A DNA stretch of 47,182 nt, from NCBI GenBank assembly GCA_043775075.1, contig JAYVSS010000230.1:1-47182 (forward strand), written 5' to 3'. The translations under genes and the position numbers were made by a program. This document shows, one piece after another, positions 28,559-38,320 of this stretch (its first letter is position 1; each line of letters starts with the position of its first letter). This DNA is from Acidimicrobiia bacterium. GTDB lineage: Bacteria > Actinomycetota > Acidimicrobiia > Acidimicrobiales > JANYDT01. A model generated the notes under the pieces. The model ran no database searches and was not told the DNA's origin. It saw only the letters and a list, made by a program, of their open reading frames with translations.

Positions 28559-31488
28559 TGGGCGCTCAGGGCGAGGAGTTGGCGGATGTCGTCGGTTGAC
28601 AATTCAGTGATCCACGCCTCGCTGCCGCCGAGCACGTGGTCAGCGAGGTCGCGTTTCTCGGCGATCAACGTATCGATGCGTTCTTCGATCGTGCCGCGCG
28701 TCGCCAGCTTGTGTACGAACACCGTCGACGTCTGTCCGATGCGCCAGGCCCGATCACTCGCCTGGTCCTCCACCGCGGGATTCCACCAGCGATCGATATG
28801 AATCACCTGGCTGGCGGCGGTCAGATTTAGTCCGCTGCCGCCGGCCTTGAGACTGACCAAGAGTAACGGCACCCGACCGCCTTGAAACTCGGCCACCATC
28901 GCGTCGCGACGCTTCTTGCCGATGGCGCCGTACAAGAACGGCACCATTATGCCGAGACGAGTGGTGAGATGGCGCTGCACCAGGTGACCCATCTCCACGT
29001 ACTGCGTGAAGGCAATCACCTGTTCGTCTGCGTCAAACGCGTTGTCAAGTAGTTCGTCGAGCCTGGCCAGCTTGCCGCTTCGGCCCTCCAGCCGACCGCC
29101 GTCGCCGAGGTAATGCACGGGGTGATTGCAGATCTGCTTCAGCTTGGTGATGGTCGTGACGATGGCCGCCCGACGGCTCATGCCATCGAGGCTGGGCAGC
29201 CGTTCGAGCAACTTGTTGGTGACGGCTCGATACAGGGAAGCCTGCTCACGTGTGAGGGTCGCCCATGCGGTTGCCTCAATCTTGTCCGGGAGTTCGGGCA
29301 CGAGGGTTTTGTCGGTCTTCGATCGGCGCAGCAGGAACGGGCCGATGACCGTGCGAAGACGTTTCGTCGCCGCCTCGTCGCGCTCGCGTTCAATGGGTCG
29401 GGCCACGTTCTGACGAAACTTCTCGCTCGATCCCAAGACGCCGGGATTCACCAGGTCCATGACCGCCCACAGGTCGGCGAGCCTGTTCTCCACCGGGGTG
29501 CCCGTGAGCGCAATGCGCTGCGCCGCCGGAATGCGACGAATTGCCTTCGCCGCGTTCGTACGTGCGTTCTTAAGGTTTTGCGCCTCGTCGATTACTACGC
29601 GCGCCCATGAACACTCGGCCAGCACGTCCACGTCTCTCGTGGCCGTGGCGAAGGTCGTGATGACCATGTCCATGTTTTGCATCCAGTCAGCGAAGCCTTC
29701 GTTGGCGTTTCGACCGTCGCCGTGGTGCACGCCGACGCGTAGGTGCGGGACGAATCGGTCCGCTTCCGTTTCCCAGTTGTGTACAACGCTAAGTGGACAT
29801 ATCACCAAGGTCGGACCCGTTCCTTCATGGGCAATGAGGGCAAGCAATTGCGCCGTCTTTCCGAGGCCCATGTCGTCGGCGAGCACGCCACCCAGCCCGA
29901 GCCGCGAGAGGAACGCCATCCATCCGACACCACGTTGCTGATAGGGACGCAACGTGCCGACGAACCCCGCCGGATGCTCGATAGGCACAAGCTGATCATC
30001 GGGCAGGCCGGTGAGAAGGTCGCCCGCCCAGTCCGTGCCGCTCAACTCGGCGTCGGTACTGGCGGCGAGCGCGAGTAGTTCCGTAGCGTCGGCGACTGGC
30101 GTGTCTCGCCGCAAACGCATGACCCCGGCGAGGGCCCGGGCCACATCCGCTCGGTCGATCACGGACCAGCGACCGCGAACGTTGACCACGTCGAACTTGG
30201 CGTTGGCTAGACGATCCAGTTCGGCTTCGGTGAGGACAACGTCGCCCAGAGCGACCGTCCAGTTGATGCTGACCAAAGCCTTGGCCGTGAGACCGGCGCC
30301 GACGAGCGGAGCTTCGGTCGGCGTGGCCCTCCCGACTGTTCGCGCCCGGGACGTTCGGGTCCACCAGGCTGGGAGTTGGACAACCATGGCGCTCGACGAA
30401 ATGGCGTCGAGGTCGTGGTGGACGACCTGCAAAACCTGTTCGAGCGAGAGGGTGGCGAGGCTTGGTGAGGTGGTGTCGAACACATCGCCGAGGGTGGGTG
30501 ACGTTGTTCGCAGACGTTGGCTGGCAAACCGGAGCGCCGCTTGGGCGGCAGGCACGTCGGTGAGTAGCGGAGCGTGGCGCTTCGGGCTCCACACGAAAGC
30601 GGCGGCAATGTAGAGACTCGGATCGCTGTTCGGGGCGATGAACAATTCGGCCGTCCATGCGCCTTCGCTGGCGTCGGCTTTGGTGTCGACTCCTTCAGTC
30701 TCGTCTCCTTCAGTCTCGTCGACCGTCGTGGTGTCGCTCGGTTCGTCAGGGTCGACCGGTTCGAGGCGGATGAACACGGTGTAGTCGGCGAATGGTGATC
30801 GCGCCGTCAATGCCCCGGCCCAGCGGTTGAGCTCGTCAGCTACGACGCTGAGCGCGGCTCGCTCGTCTTGGCCGTTCGCGACGACTGCCGGGCCAGTCGT
30901 AAGCGCGCTCAGCAAGCGTCGCGTGACGACGGCAACCGGTCGACGATCACGGCTCGGCGGACCGCCAGCCTCGGCCTCCCACAGCCTTACGTGGGCGACG
31001 TCGTCAACGAACTCGGTAACGAGCCTCGACGTGAGTTGCCACGGCTGCGCGTTGGGATGAAGCGCGCCGAACACAGGGGGCATCGACTCGGTCAACGCCC
31101 TGAGGTGGCCGGTGGTGACATCGTCAACCATCGGTATCCAGCGTGCAACCCCGGATGTGGCGATGACACTCGGCACCACCTGACCAGCATCGACCAGCGT
31201 GCCGGCAAACGCCGCCACCGTGGCGCACCACGCTAACGACGCACTCAGCGTCTTCCACGGCACCCACGTCTGGACGAGAAATGCGTCGGCCGCAGCGGCG
31301 ATCGGCACCGCCGCGCCATACACGGTGGCGACATCACGCCGACCGGGAATGTGCAAGGTTTTCTCCAGGCGCGGGAGGTCTCGACCAAACAACTTTGACG
31401 CCAGCGAGTGCGTTCGCTCCGCCGTCAACGCCCGGTCATGCCACCCAATCACGGCTAGTTGCCCGTGGTCCCACGCCATATGCAGCAC
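28555..31488 (-). CDS. SNF2-family helicase/ATPase
   Basis: LRPYQ, LADDMGLGKT, DEAQ, LTGTPVEN, SLKAGGSGLNL and DRWWNPAVEDQASDRAWRIGQ motifs. Confidence 0.95.
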   Translation of the reverse strand: MLHMAWDHGQLAVIGWHDRALTAERTHSLASKLFGRDLPRLEKTLHIPGRRDVATVYGAAVPIAAAADAFLVQTWVPWKTLSASLAWCATVAAFAGTLVDAGQVVPSVIATSGVARWIPMVDDVTTGHLRALTESMPPVFGALHPNAQPWQLTSRLVTEFVDDVAHVRLWEAEAGGPPSRDRRPVAVVTRRLLSALTTGPAVVANGQDERAALSVVADELNRWAGALTARSPFADYTVFIRLEPVDPDEPSDTTTVDETEGDETEGVDTKADASEGAWTAELFIAPNSDPSLYIAAAFVWSPKRHAPLLTDVPAAQAALRFASQRLRTTSPTLGDVFDTTSPSLATLSLEQVLQVVHHDLDAISSSAMVVQLPAWWTRTSRARTVGRATPTEAPLVGAGLTAKALVSINWTVALGDVVLTEAELDRLANAKFDVVNVRGRWSVIDRADVARALAGVMRLRRDTPVADATELLALAASTDAELSGTDWAGDLLTGLPDDQLVPIEHPAGFVGTLRPYQQRGVGWMAFLSRLGLGGVLADDMGLGKTAQLLALIAHEGTGPTLVICPLSVVHNWETEADRFVPHLRVGVHHGDGRNANEGFADWMQNMDMVITTFATATRDVDVLAECSWARVVIDEAQNLKNARTNAAKAIRRIPAAQRIALTGTPVENRLADLWAVMDLVNPGVLGSSEKFRQNVARPIERERDEAATKRLRTVIGPFLLRRSKTDKTLVPELPDKIEATAWATLTREQASLYRAVTNKLLERLPSLDGMSRRAAIVTTITKLKQICNHPVHYLGDGGRLEGRSGKLARLDELLDNAFDADEQVIAFTQYVEMGHLVQRHLTTRLGIMVPFLYGAIGKKRRDAMVAEFQGGRVPLLLVSLKAGGSGLNLTAASQVIHIDRWWNPAVEDQASDRAWRIGQTSTVFVHKLATRGTIEERIDTLIAEKRDLADHVLGGSEAWITELSTDDIRQLLALSAQ

Positions 31489-31557
31489 AGGCGGCGAGGC
31501 TACTCGGGGTGTTTCATTCCCTCCGCCGGGACGCCACGGCCCCCCGACGGCCTGCGG

Positions 31558-31661
31558 TCGACCTGGACTACTTCGCGTCCACCTGGACTACTTCGCGTCC
31601 ACCTGGACTATTTCGCGTCGCCGCGTCCTGGTCCCGGTCGATGTATTCCAGTCCAGTTCGA
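31558..31661. repeat. MITE/REP-like element, copy A, containing 3 x 20-nt tandem units
   Basis: TCGACCTGGACT...AGTCCAGTTCGA terminal inverted repeat (11/12); ACCTGGACTACTTCGCGTCC x3 at 31561-31620 (third unit has 2 mismatches); homologous to 39279-39362. Confidence 0.8.
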
Positions 31662-31680
31662 TACTCGTTAGGGTGACAAC

Positions 31681-32460
31681 GTGAGCGACCCACAGATGCC
31701 CCGTCGGTTCACTGCCCTCGGGCCGCTTCTCGCCTCCGGTACCCGGTCGACCGTTCACGCCTGGGACGACGGGGTAGTGGCGAAGGTGCCGAAGGACTCC
31801 ACCCCCGAAGGCTGGATTCGCGCCGAGGCTGGATACGTGGCCGCGGTGCATCAGTGTGGGGCCCCGGCCCCTCGCTTCATCGAGATCACCACGTTGAACG
31901 ATCGCGAGATTGCGCTGTACGAACGCATCGAAGGGACCTCACTATGGGACGAGTTGCGAGCGTCACCCTTGCGGGCGACGGAAATCGGCCGGCAATTGGC
32001 CCAGATCCATGCAGGTTTGTTGGCGATGTCCGGTCCGATGGCCCTTCCCCTACAGTGCACACGCGTGCGCAGCAAGATCCGCAATGCGATGGCGCACAAA
32101 CTGATTGTCGCTTCCGTTGATCTGCCGGAACTGAGCACGAAACCGATGATGCTCTGCCACGGTGATCTCCACCCGAAGAACATTCTGATGAGTCCGAACG
32201 GTCCAATCGTCGTTGATTGGTTCGACGCTTCCCGTGGTATTGCGGCCGCCGATATTGCTAGAACGCTTGTTCTTCTGCATGGATCCGAAGTCGAAACGCT
32301 CCCGGATCATCTCCACGGCGTTACCCGCGAAACCCTGCGAGTGGTCCGGGCGGCGTACCTGGCCTACATCACTACGCTGTGCGACGTCTCGCCGAGTGCT
32401 CTCGACCGGTGGACGCCGCTCCAGATTGCCGCCCAAGCCGGCGAACTTATCGGCGCATAG
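31681..32460 (+). CDS. Aminoglycoside phosphotransferase (APH)-fold kinase
   Basis: VVAK, YERIEG, CHGDLHPKNIL and VVDW motifs. Confidence 0.85.
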   Translation: MSDPQMPRRFTALGPLLASGTRSTVHAWDDGVVAKVPKDSTPEGWIRAEAGYVAAVHQCGAPAPRFIEITTLNDREIALYERIEGTSLWDELRASPLRATEIGRQLAQIHAGLLAMSGPMALPLQCTRVRSKIRNAMAHKLIVASVDLPELSTKPMMLCHGDLHPKNILMSPNGPIVVDWFDASRGIAAADIARTLVLLHGSEVETLPDHLHGVTRETLRVVRAAYLAYITTLCDVSPSALDRWTPLQIAAQAGELIGA

Positions 32461-33268
32461 CGTCAGTAGTTCGCGGCACGATTCGCACGGCGTCGGCAAT
32501 GTCGGCGAAGAGGGCGGAGGACGTGGCCAAGACGAGATCGTTGTTTTCCGGGCATGGGTACTCCACGCTCGCACCAGCCTCGGCGGCGATGAGAGTCCCT
32601 GCCGCCCAGTCCCACAACTTGATGTCACGCTCGAAGTATCCATCTGCCCGGCCATCGGCAACCCAGCAAAGTTGCAGTGCGGCCGACCCGAAGCAGCGGA
32701 TGTCACGCACCGTCGGGATCAGCGAGGCAACGATGCTTCCTTGCAGCGTCCGCAGGCGAGGGGTATACGAAAAGCCGGTGGTGAGAAGCGCCTGAGAGAG
32801 GATCGCGCAACCCGACGTGGTGATCAACGCTCCGTCACGTCGTGCCCCTCCGTCCAGGCATGCCGAATATGTCTGTTGAAACAGCACGTCGACAACGGCT
32901 CCGGCGACGATGTGACCGTCGACCGCTGCAGCGATGCTTATAGAGAAAATAGGAAGCGCGTACAGAAAGTTAACGGTGCCATCCAGTGGATCGATGATCC
33001 ACTGCAACCGGCTCGACGATTGTCGGGTACCGCTTTCCTCGCCGATGATGCCTGCGTTTGGGGTCGCTGCGTCGAGGTGCGAAACGATGAGGCGTTCACT
33101 CGCCACATCGGTCTCCGTCACCACATCGGTGGCCGAACTCTTCGTCCCCAACGCAACTGCACGGCCATAGCCATCCCGCACTAGATCGGCGGCGGCTTGC
33201 GCTGCCTCAATGGCGATGTGTTCGAGCTCCGGCCGCGTCGGAATTGCGTCGTTCTCATTCTCATGCAC
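32447..33268 (-). CDS. Inositol monophosphatase family protein
   Basis: DVVTETD, GEE, WIIDPLDGTVNF, GSAAL and WDWAAG motifs; GTG start overlaps the end of the DeoR gene. Confidence 0.9.
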   Translation of the reverse strand: MHENENDAIPTRPELEHIAIEAAQAAADLVRDGYGRAVALGTKSSATDVVTETDVASERLIVSHLDAATPNAGIIGEESGTRQSSSRLQWIIDPLDGTVNFLYALPIFSISIAAAVDGHIVAGAVVDVLFQQTYSACLDGGARRDGALITTSGCAILSQALLTTGFSYTPRLRTLQGSIVASLIPTVRDIRCFGSAALQLCWVADGRADGYFERDIKLWDWAAGTLIAAEAGASVEYPCPENNDLVLATSSALFADIADAVRIVPRTTDAMRR

Positions 33269-34109
33269 GGCGCACCTCAACGCCCGCCTCGGTGAGAATT
33301 TCGACCTCATCGTCGGTGGCGCGATCGTCGGTGATGAGCAGATCGATGTCATGAAGACCGGCGTAGCTGAAGGTGTGGTCGTTGCCAAACTTGCTGTGGT
33401 CAACGAGGGCCACGACCCTACGCGCGCTTTCGATCATGGCTCGCTTAAGAAAGTGCTCAGAGCGATAGGGGGTGGTAAGTCCACGTTTGAACGAGAGGCC
33501 ATCGCAGCTCAAGAACAACACGTCCACCCGCATCGCCCGCACGGCTTCGATTGTTTGCGCATCCACCATGGCGAACGTGTTCGGGATGACCGATCCACCG
33601 AGCACCGAAAGGTCCCGAATTCCCCGTCGGACGAGCGACGATGCAATCAATAGTGAGTTGGTAACGATATGCCCGGCCAGCTCGGCCGGGATGAGTTCGG
33701 CGAAACGCTGGCTGGTAGAACCGGAATCGAGGAGGATAGTGGCGCCGGCCGGAATCTCTTCGAGCGCCAACCGGCCGATGGCTTGCTTTTCGTCGGTGTT
33801 CTGAGCGTCCCGAGCGTTGATCATCGGCTCGTGATGATTCCGCTCCACCGGCACCGCGCCGCCATGAACGCGACGAACCAGCTTGCGTTCCTGTAGTTCC
33901 GAGAGATCCCGTCGAATCGTCTCGGTCGTGACCTCAAATCGCTGCGCCAGATCCGACACATCGACGGCGCCGTTGCGCAACACCAGTCGATAGATCTGGT
34001 GTTGGCGCTCCGCCTGGAGTTTCGTGAACACCGCGCCTGCGCTGGGCGGCGTGGTCCGCGTGTCGGGATTGTCCAGATTGTCCAGATTGTCCAGATCGCC
34101 GATAGTCAC
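33261..34109 (-). CDS. DeoR/GlpR-family transcriptional regulator
   Basis: VTTETIRRDL, RRVHGGA, LDSGST, VTNSL and DHSKFG motifs. Confidence 0.93.
   Translation of the reverse strand: MTIGDLDNLDNLDNPDTRTTPPSAGAVFTKLQAERQHQIYRLVLRNGAVDVSDLAQRFEVTTETIRRDLSELQERKLVRRVHGGAVPVERNHHEPMINARDAQNTDEKQAIGRLALEEIPAGATILLDSGSTSQRFAELIPAELAGHIVTNSLLIASSLVRRGIRDLSVLGGSVIPNTFAMVDAQTIEAVRAMRVDVLFLSCDGLSFKRGLTTPYRSEHFLKRAMIESARRVVALVDHSKFGNDHTFSYAGLHDIDLLITDDRATDDEVEILTEAGVEVRRA
34067..34096. repeat. 9-nt tandem repeat (GATTGTCCA x3.3) encoding LDNLDNLDN
   Basis: Read directly; in frame in the DeoR N-terminus. Confidence 0.9.
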
Positions 34110-34135
34110 GTGGCCACGCTAGGAGATGGCACTCG

Positions 34136-35704
34136 TCAACCTGGCACTGACGACGCACTGGCCGACCGAACCCACGAGTCGAGGGTGGCGAGCGAACCAG
34201 CGCGGTCGAGCGATTCCATCGCTCGGGTGAACTCGCGTACAAGCCGCTCGGACTTGGCCAGATTTGGTCCGAGGGCCCGCTCATAGGCAAGAAACGCCCG
34301 TGGATCGGCGGTGCTGGCGTTCGCGACAGCGACGGCCTCGGCCAGGAACGGGTCGTGCGAATGGGTGATCGCCGTGCCGTTGTCGGCGACTCCTCGGAGG
34401 TATCGGCACCAACCAGCCAACGTGAGCGCAACCATGGAGATTGGCCCACCGTTCTTGATCTGGGCTTCGGCCGTCGGAACGAGAAAGGTCGGAAACTTTG
34501 CTGTTCCATCCAAGCAGAGCCGGGCAATTGTGTCGGCAATGGCCGAGTTCGAGAACCGATGAACGAGGGACTCCTGATACTCAGCCAGATCTATCCCGCG
34601 TGGCGAATCGAGGTTCGGCGCGGCTTCCACCTTCATAAGCGTACGAATGAATTCACGAATTTTCGAATCGTTCATTGCTTCGTGCACATAGGTATACCCG
34701 GCAAGAGCGGCATGGTAGGCCAGCGCCGAGTGGCTGGCGTTGAGCAGGCGAAGCTTCATGTGTTCATACGGGATCACGTCATCGGTGATAAGTACACCGA
34801 CGTTTTCAAAGGCTGGCCGACCATCGACAAACGTGTCTTGGAGCGCCCACTGCCGAAATGGTTCGCACATGATCGGCCAGGCATCTCGGATGCCGAAGCG
34901 TTGCATCACCCACTGGCGATCGGAGTCCGTCGTGGCTGGAGTGATCCGGTCCACCATGGCGTTGGGGAAAGCGCCGTTTCGTTCGATCCATGTAGCCAGT
35001 TCTGTTGATCGAAACGAGGCGGCACCGAGAACGGCAAGTTTGGCAACGTCGCCGTTGCCCGGCAGGTTGTCGCAACTCATGACGGTAAACGGGGCTGAGC
35101 CGGCTTTGCGTCGGTGATCGAGTGCTGCGGCAAGAAGGCCGAACGTGGAACGTGGAACATCAGCGCGAAAATCACTGGCGAGCTCGGGCGACTCGACGAA
35201 AGACCCGTGCTGCACGGGGTAACCACCCTCCGTAATGGTGATGGACACGATCTTGGTGAGCGGATCGGCGAGATTTTGCAGGAGTGCGTCAGGATCGGCG
35301 GCGCCGTCGACGAAGTTGGTGATCGAGCCGATCACCCGACCCGTCGCCTTGTCGCCCTCCTTCTCGGCGACCACGTAGAAGCCATCCTGGGCGCGGAGAA
35401 GCTGCCCAACACGATCGTCGTGGGGCATCACGCCCGATCCGGTGACCGACCACGAACCGTTGCCCCGCTCCAGCAGGTCGTCGAGGTACACGGCGAGGTG
35501 CGCTCGATGAAACGCGCCGATACCGAGGTGGGTTATCCGGCCCTGCTGCGCCGACCCCCGGTCGAATCGGTCGTACGTGGGAAAACGGATGTCGAACGGA
35601 CCACCCTGGCTTTTCTGGACCGCGGCGGCGATCCCCACGGCGGCCGTTGACAAAGAAATCGGCTTGGCATCCTCAGGCGGCATGCTCGCCGATTTCGCAC
35701 TCAT
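34136..35704 (-). CDS. Mannitol dehydrogenase family (mannitol 2-dehydrogenase-like)
   Basis: HLGIGAFHRAH, TITEGGY, SCDN, MVDRITP and KLRLLNASH motifs; GGGAG RBS. Confidence 0.92.
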   Translation of the reverse strand: MSAKSASMPPEDAKPISLSTAAVGIAAAVQKSQGGPFDIRFPTYDRFDRGSAQQGRITHLGIGAFHRAHLAVYLDDLLERGNGSWSVTGSGVMPHDDRVGQLLRAQDGFYVVAEKEGDKATGRVIGSITNFVDGAADPDALLQNLADPLTKIVSITITEGGYPVQHGSFVESPELASDFRADVPRSTFGLLAAALDHRRKAGSAPFTVMSCDNLPGNGDVAKLAVLGAASFRSTELATWIERNGAFPNAMVDRITPATTDSDRQWVMQRFGIRDAWPIMCEPFRQWALQDTFVDGRPAFENVGVLITDDVIPYEHMKLRLLNASHSALAYHAALAGYTYVHEAMNDSKIREFIRTLMKVEAAPNLDSPRGIDLAEYQESLVHRFSNSAIADTIARLCLDGTAKFPTFLVPTAEAQIKNGGPISMVALTLAGWCRYLRGVADNGTAITHSHDPFLAEAVAVANASTADPRAFLAYERALGPNLAKSERLVREFTRAMESLDRAGSLATLDSWVRSASASSVPG

Positions 35705-35860
35705 AACAACACACTCCCACACGAATATGGTAAGAATCCAACATCGAAGTTCGGCTTAGCTTGACTAACTCCGGAATTCGCAGATAAAACCACATGACCA
35801 CATGCGGCGTGTTTGTCAGCACCTTGCGGCCGACACCTTGCGAGACGAAGGGAATCCTGA

Positions 35861-37360
35861 ATGAAGTCACAACCACGCCAACTGCGCCGAGCCCTAGGGG
35901 TGATGATGGCCATTGGCCTTGTCGCTGCTGGATGCTCCAAGTCCAAGTCAGCCGACACGACCGTCGCTGCAGTCGCCGAAACAACTGTGGCCGCCGACAC
36001 GACTGCGCCCGCCGCTGCTGCGGACACCACCACCGCCGCCGCAGCCGAGACAACCGCTGCTTCGGCCGCGACTACTGCCGCGCCCGCTGCGGCCGCCGCC
36101 GACGCTGGCACGATTACCGTCGCCATCGTGGACAACCCCACGATGAAAGACATCCAGACGCTGACGCCGGACAACTTCACCAAGACGACCGGCATCAAGG
36201 TCAACTACGTGAACCTCGACGAGCAGACGTTGCGTGAGCAGGTAACCAAGTCTGTTGGCTCCGGCGCCGGCCAGTACGACGTGGTCATGATCGGCCCTTA
36301 CGAAGCCCCGCAGTTCGGCGCCAACGGCTGGTTGCAAGACCTCACCGACCGGGCCACTAAGGACACCGCCTACGACGTGAATGACCTCATCCCTTCGGTC
36401 AAGGGCGCACTGTCGAACGACGGAAAATTGTTCGCCGTTCCGTTCTACGCCGAGTCGTCGTTTGTGATGTACCGCAAAGACCTGGCCGATGCGGCCGGTG
36501 TCAAGATCCCGGACGCTCCCACGTGGGACGAGCTGGCCGCTGCCGCCAAGAAACTGAAGACCGCTGATCGCGCTGGTATCTGCCTTCGTGGCAAGCCCGG
36601 CTGGGGCGACTTGGGGGCCTCGCTCACGACCGTGGTGAACACCTTCGGTGGCACCTGGTGGGACGCAAATGCCGACGGTTCCATTGGCAAAGCTCAGGTC
36701 AATACGGGTGGATTCAAAGATGCCACCAACTTCTATGTGAACCTTCTCAAGGCTGCTGGTGAGCCAGATGCAGCCAATGCCAGCTTCAATGAATGCCTGA
36801 AGCTCATGCAGGATTCCAAGGTTTCTATGTGGTACGACGCCACGGTAGCCGCCGGAATTCTTGAGAGCGACACCAGCCCGATCAAGGGAAAGCTGGCCTA
36901 CGCGCTCGCTCCGACGAGAGACACTAAAGCTTCGGGTTGGCTGTGGTCGTGGGCCCTGGCCATGCCGGCTGGCACGAAGAATGCCGACAACGCGTGGAAG
37001 TTCATGAGCTGGGCCACGTCGAAGGACTACATCAAGTTGGCAGGAACCGCGCTTCCTGGTGGATGGGCAGGCATTCCGCCAGGAAGTCGGACCTCTACGT
37101 ACTCGATTCCTGAGTACCTTGCCGCTGCTCCGGCGTTCGCTCCGATGACCCTCAAGGCCATGCAGGCTGCGCCAATTGATAATCCCGGTACGACCAAGCG
37201 CCCGGGTCTTCCCGGTGTGCAATACGTCGGCGTGCCAGAGTTTCAGGACGTCGGAACCCGGTGCACGGCGGAAATTTCTGGTGCAATCGCCGGAAGCCAA
37301 AGCGTGGACGACGCCTTAGGAAAGTGTCAGACCATCGCTTCGGAAGCATCAAAGGCCTGA
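35861..37360 (+). CDS. Sugar/polyol ABC transporter substrate-binding lipoprotein (SmoE/MtlE-like)
   Basis: Lipobox AAGC, Ala/Thr linker, YDVVMIG, PFYAESS, GICLRGKPGWG, WYDAT and WLWSW motifs. Confidence 0.9.
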   Translation: MKSQPRQLRRALGVMMAIGLVAAGCSKSKSADTTVAAVAETTVAADTTAPAAAADTTTAAAAETTAASAATTAAPAAAAADAGTITVAIVDNPTMKDIQTLTPDNFTKTTGIKVNYVNLDEQTLREQVTKSVGSGAGQYDVVMIGPYEAPQFGANGWLQDLTDRATKDTAYDVNDLIPSVKGALSNDGKLFAVPFYAESSFVMYRKDLADAAGVKIPDAPTWDELAAAAKKLKTADRAGICLRGKPGWGDLGASLTTVVNTFGGTWWDANADGSIGKAQVNTGGFKDATNFYVNLLKAAGEPDAANASFNECLKLMQDSKVSMWYDATVAAGILESDTSPIKGKLAYALAPTRDTKASGWLWSWALAMPAGTKNADNAWKFMSWATSKDYIKLAGTALPGGWAGIPPGSRTSTYSIPEYLAAAPAFAPMTLKAMQAAPIDNPGTTKRPGLPGVQYVGVPEFQDVGTRCTAEISGAIAGSQSVDDALGKCQTIASEASKA

Positions 37361-37387
37361 CGCTTCAGCGTTCGGCTTCGTAAGGAC

Positions 37388-38320
37388 ATGACCGCTGCGA
37401 CCACTCCGCAAACTGACGAGTCCCCTCGTCGGAATGCACGACGTTTGTCTCCCCTTCGTCGACAGGAGTGGTCGCGGCGCATGCCGCTTCTTCCTGCTCT
37501 TCTTTTCACCATTGTTGTTACACAGGTTCCGTTTATTATTACCCTGTGGTACTCGCTGCACCGCTGGGATTTCCTTAAACCTCATAGTTTCTCGTTCATC
37601 GGTCTCAAGAATTTCACCAAACCCTTCACGAATCAGTTCTTTCGAGAAGCCACGGTTCACACCTTGGTCATCACGGTGGGAACGGTCATCATCGCGTCGG
37701 CTCTCGGGACGATGCTGGCGCTGCTGCTGGACAAAGCGTTCTTTGGTCAGGGATTCGTCCGAACCCTCTTGATCACCCCGTTTTTGATCATGCCGGTGGC
37801 GGCGTCCCTCATCTGGCGACATGCCTTCCTCGATTCGACCTACGGGTTCATCAACTGGATCATTGAGTCACTCGGCGGAACGAGGATTTCCTTTACCTCG
37901 AAGTATCCGCTGTTCTCCGTCGTCCTCGTCCTCGTTTGGCAGTGGACGCCGTTCATGATGCTCATCCTTCTCGCCGGGTTGCAGAGTCAAACCAGCGAAG
38001 TGCTGGAAGCCGCGAGGGTGGACGGGGCGAGCGCCAGTCAGACGTTTCGGAGCCTCACCCTCCCGCACCTTCGTTCGTATCTCGAGCTTGGCGCTCTGCT
38101 CGGATCGATCTACCTTTTGCAAACGTTTGATACGGTCAGCCAGTTGGTGAGCGGCGCTCCCGCGGCCAAGAACCTGCCGTATTTCATTTACGAGACGTCG
38201 ATTGGGGGCGGCTGGAAGTTCGGCCAAGCCTCGGCCTACGGAGTCGTCATCGTCATCTTCACGATCATCCTCGCCAACCTGGCGCTGCGATTGATATCCA
38301 CGCTGCTGGAGGATCGCTAA
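37388..38320 (+). CDS. Carbohydrate ABC permease (SmoF-like)
   Basis: RTLLITPFL, WQWTPFMML and the EAARVDGA loop. Confidence 0.92.
   Translation: MTAATTPQTDESPRRNARRLSPLRRQEWSRRMPLLPALLFTIVVTQVPFIITLWYSLHRWDFLKPHSFSFIGLKNFTKPFTNQFFREATVHTLVITVGTVIIASALGTMLALLLDKAFFGQGFVRTLLITPFLIMPVAASLIWRHAFLDSTYGFINWIIESLGGTRISFTSKYPLFSVVLVLVWQWTPFMMLILLAGLQSQTSEVLEAARVDGASASQTFRSLTLPHLRSYLELGALLGSIYLLQTFDTVSQLVSGAPAAKNLPYFIYETSIGGGWKFGQASAYGVVIVIFTIILANLALRLISTLLEDR

Noticed and set aside
27881-31488. SNF2/SWIM as an anti-phage defence system
   Set aside because: No methylase, nuclease, PglZ or Zorya-type partners nearby.
31561-31620. 20-nt repeats as a CRISPR array
   Set aside because: The units are contiguous with no spacers, there are only three, and no cas genes are present.
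31558-31675. Repeat element as an integron attC site (GTTAGGG follows it)
   Set aside because: No matching RYYYAAC inverse core, copy B lacks the core and there is no integrase; the GTTAGGG overlaps a likely -10 box.
31681-32460. APH-fold gene as an aminoglycoside resistance gene
   Set aside because: Only the generic kinase fold motifs are visible; the substrate cannot be assigned.
33269-33403. Longer IMPase start given in the ORF track
   Set aside because: Overlaps deoR extensively; GTG 33268 follows GAGGT and precedes the conserved region.
34067-34096. DeoR repeat as a phase-variation switch
   Set aside because: The 9-nt unit keeps the frame and lies in an N-terminal extension before the HTH.
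35948-37300. 450-aa antisense ORF
   Set aside because: Shadow of the strongly codon-biased substrate-binding gene; no recognisable motifs.
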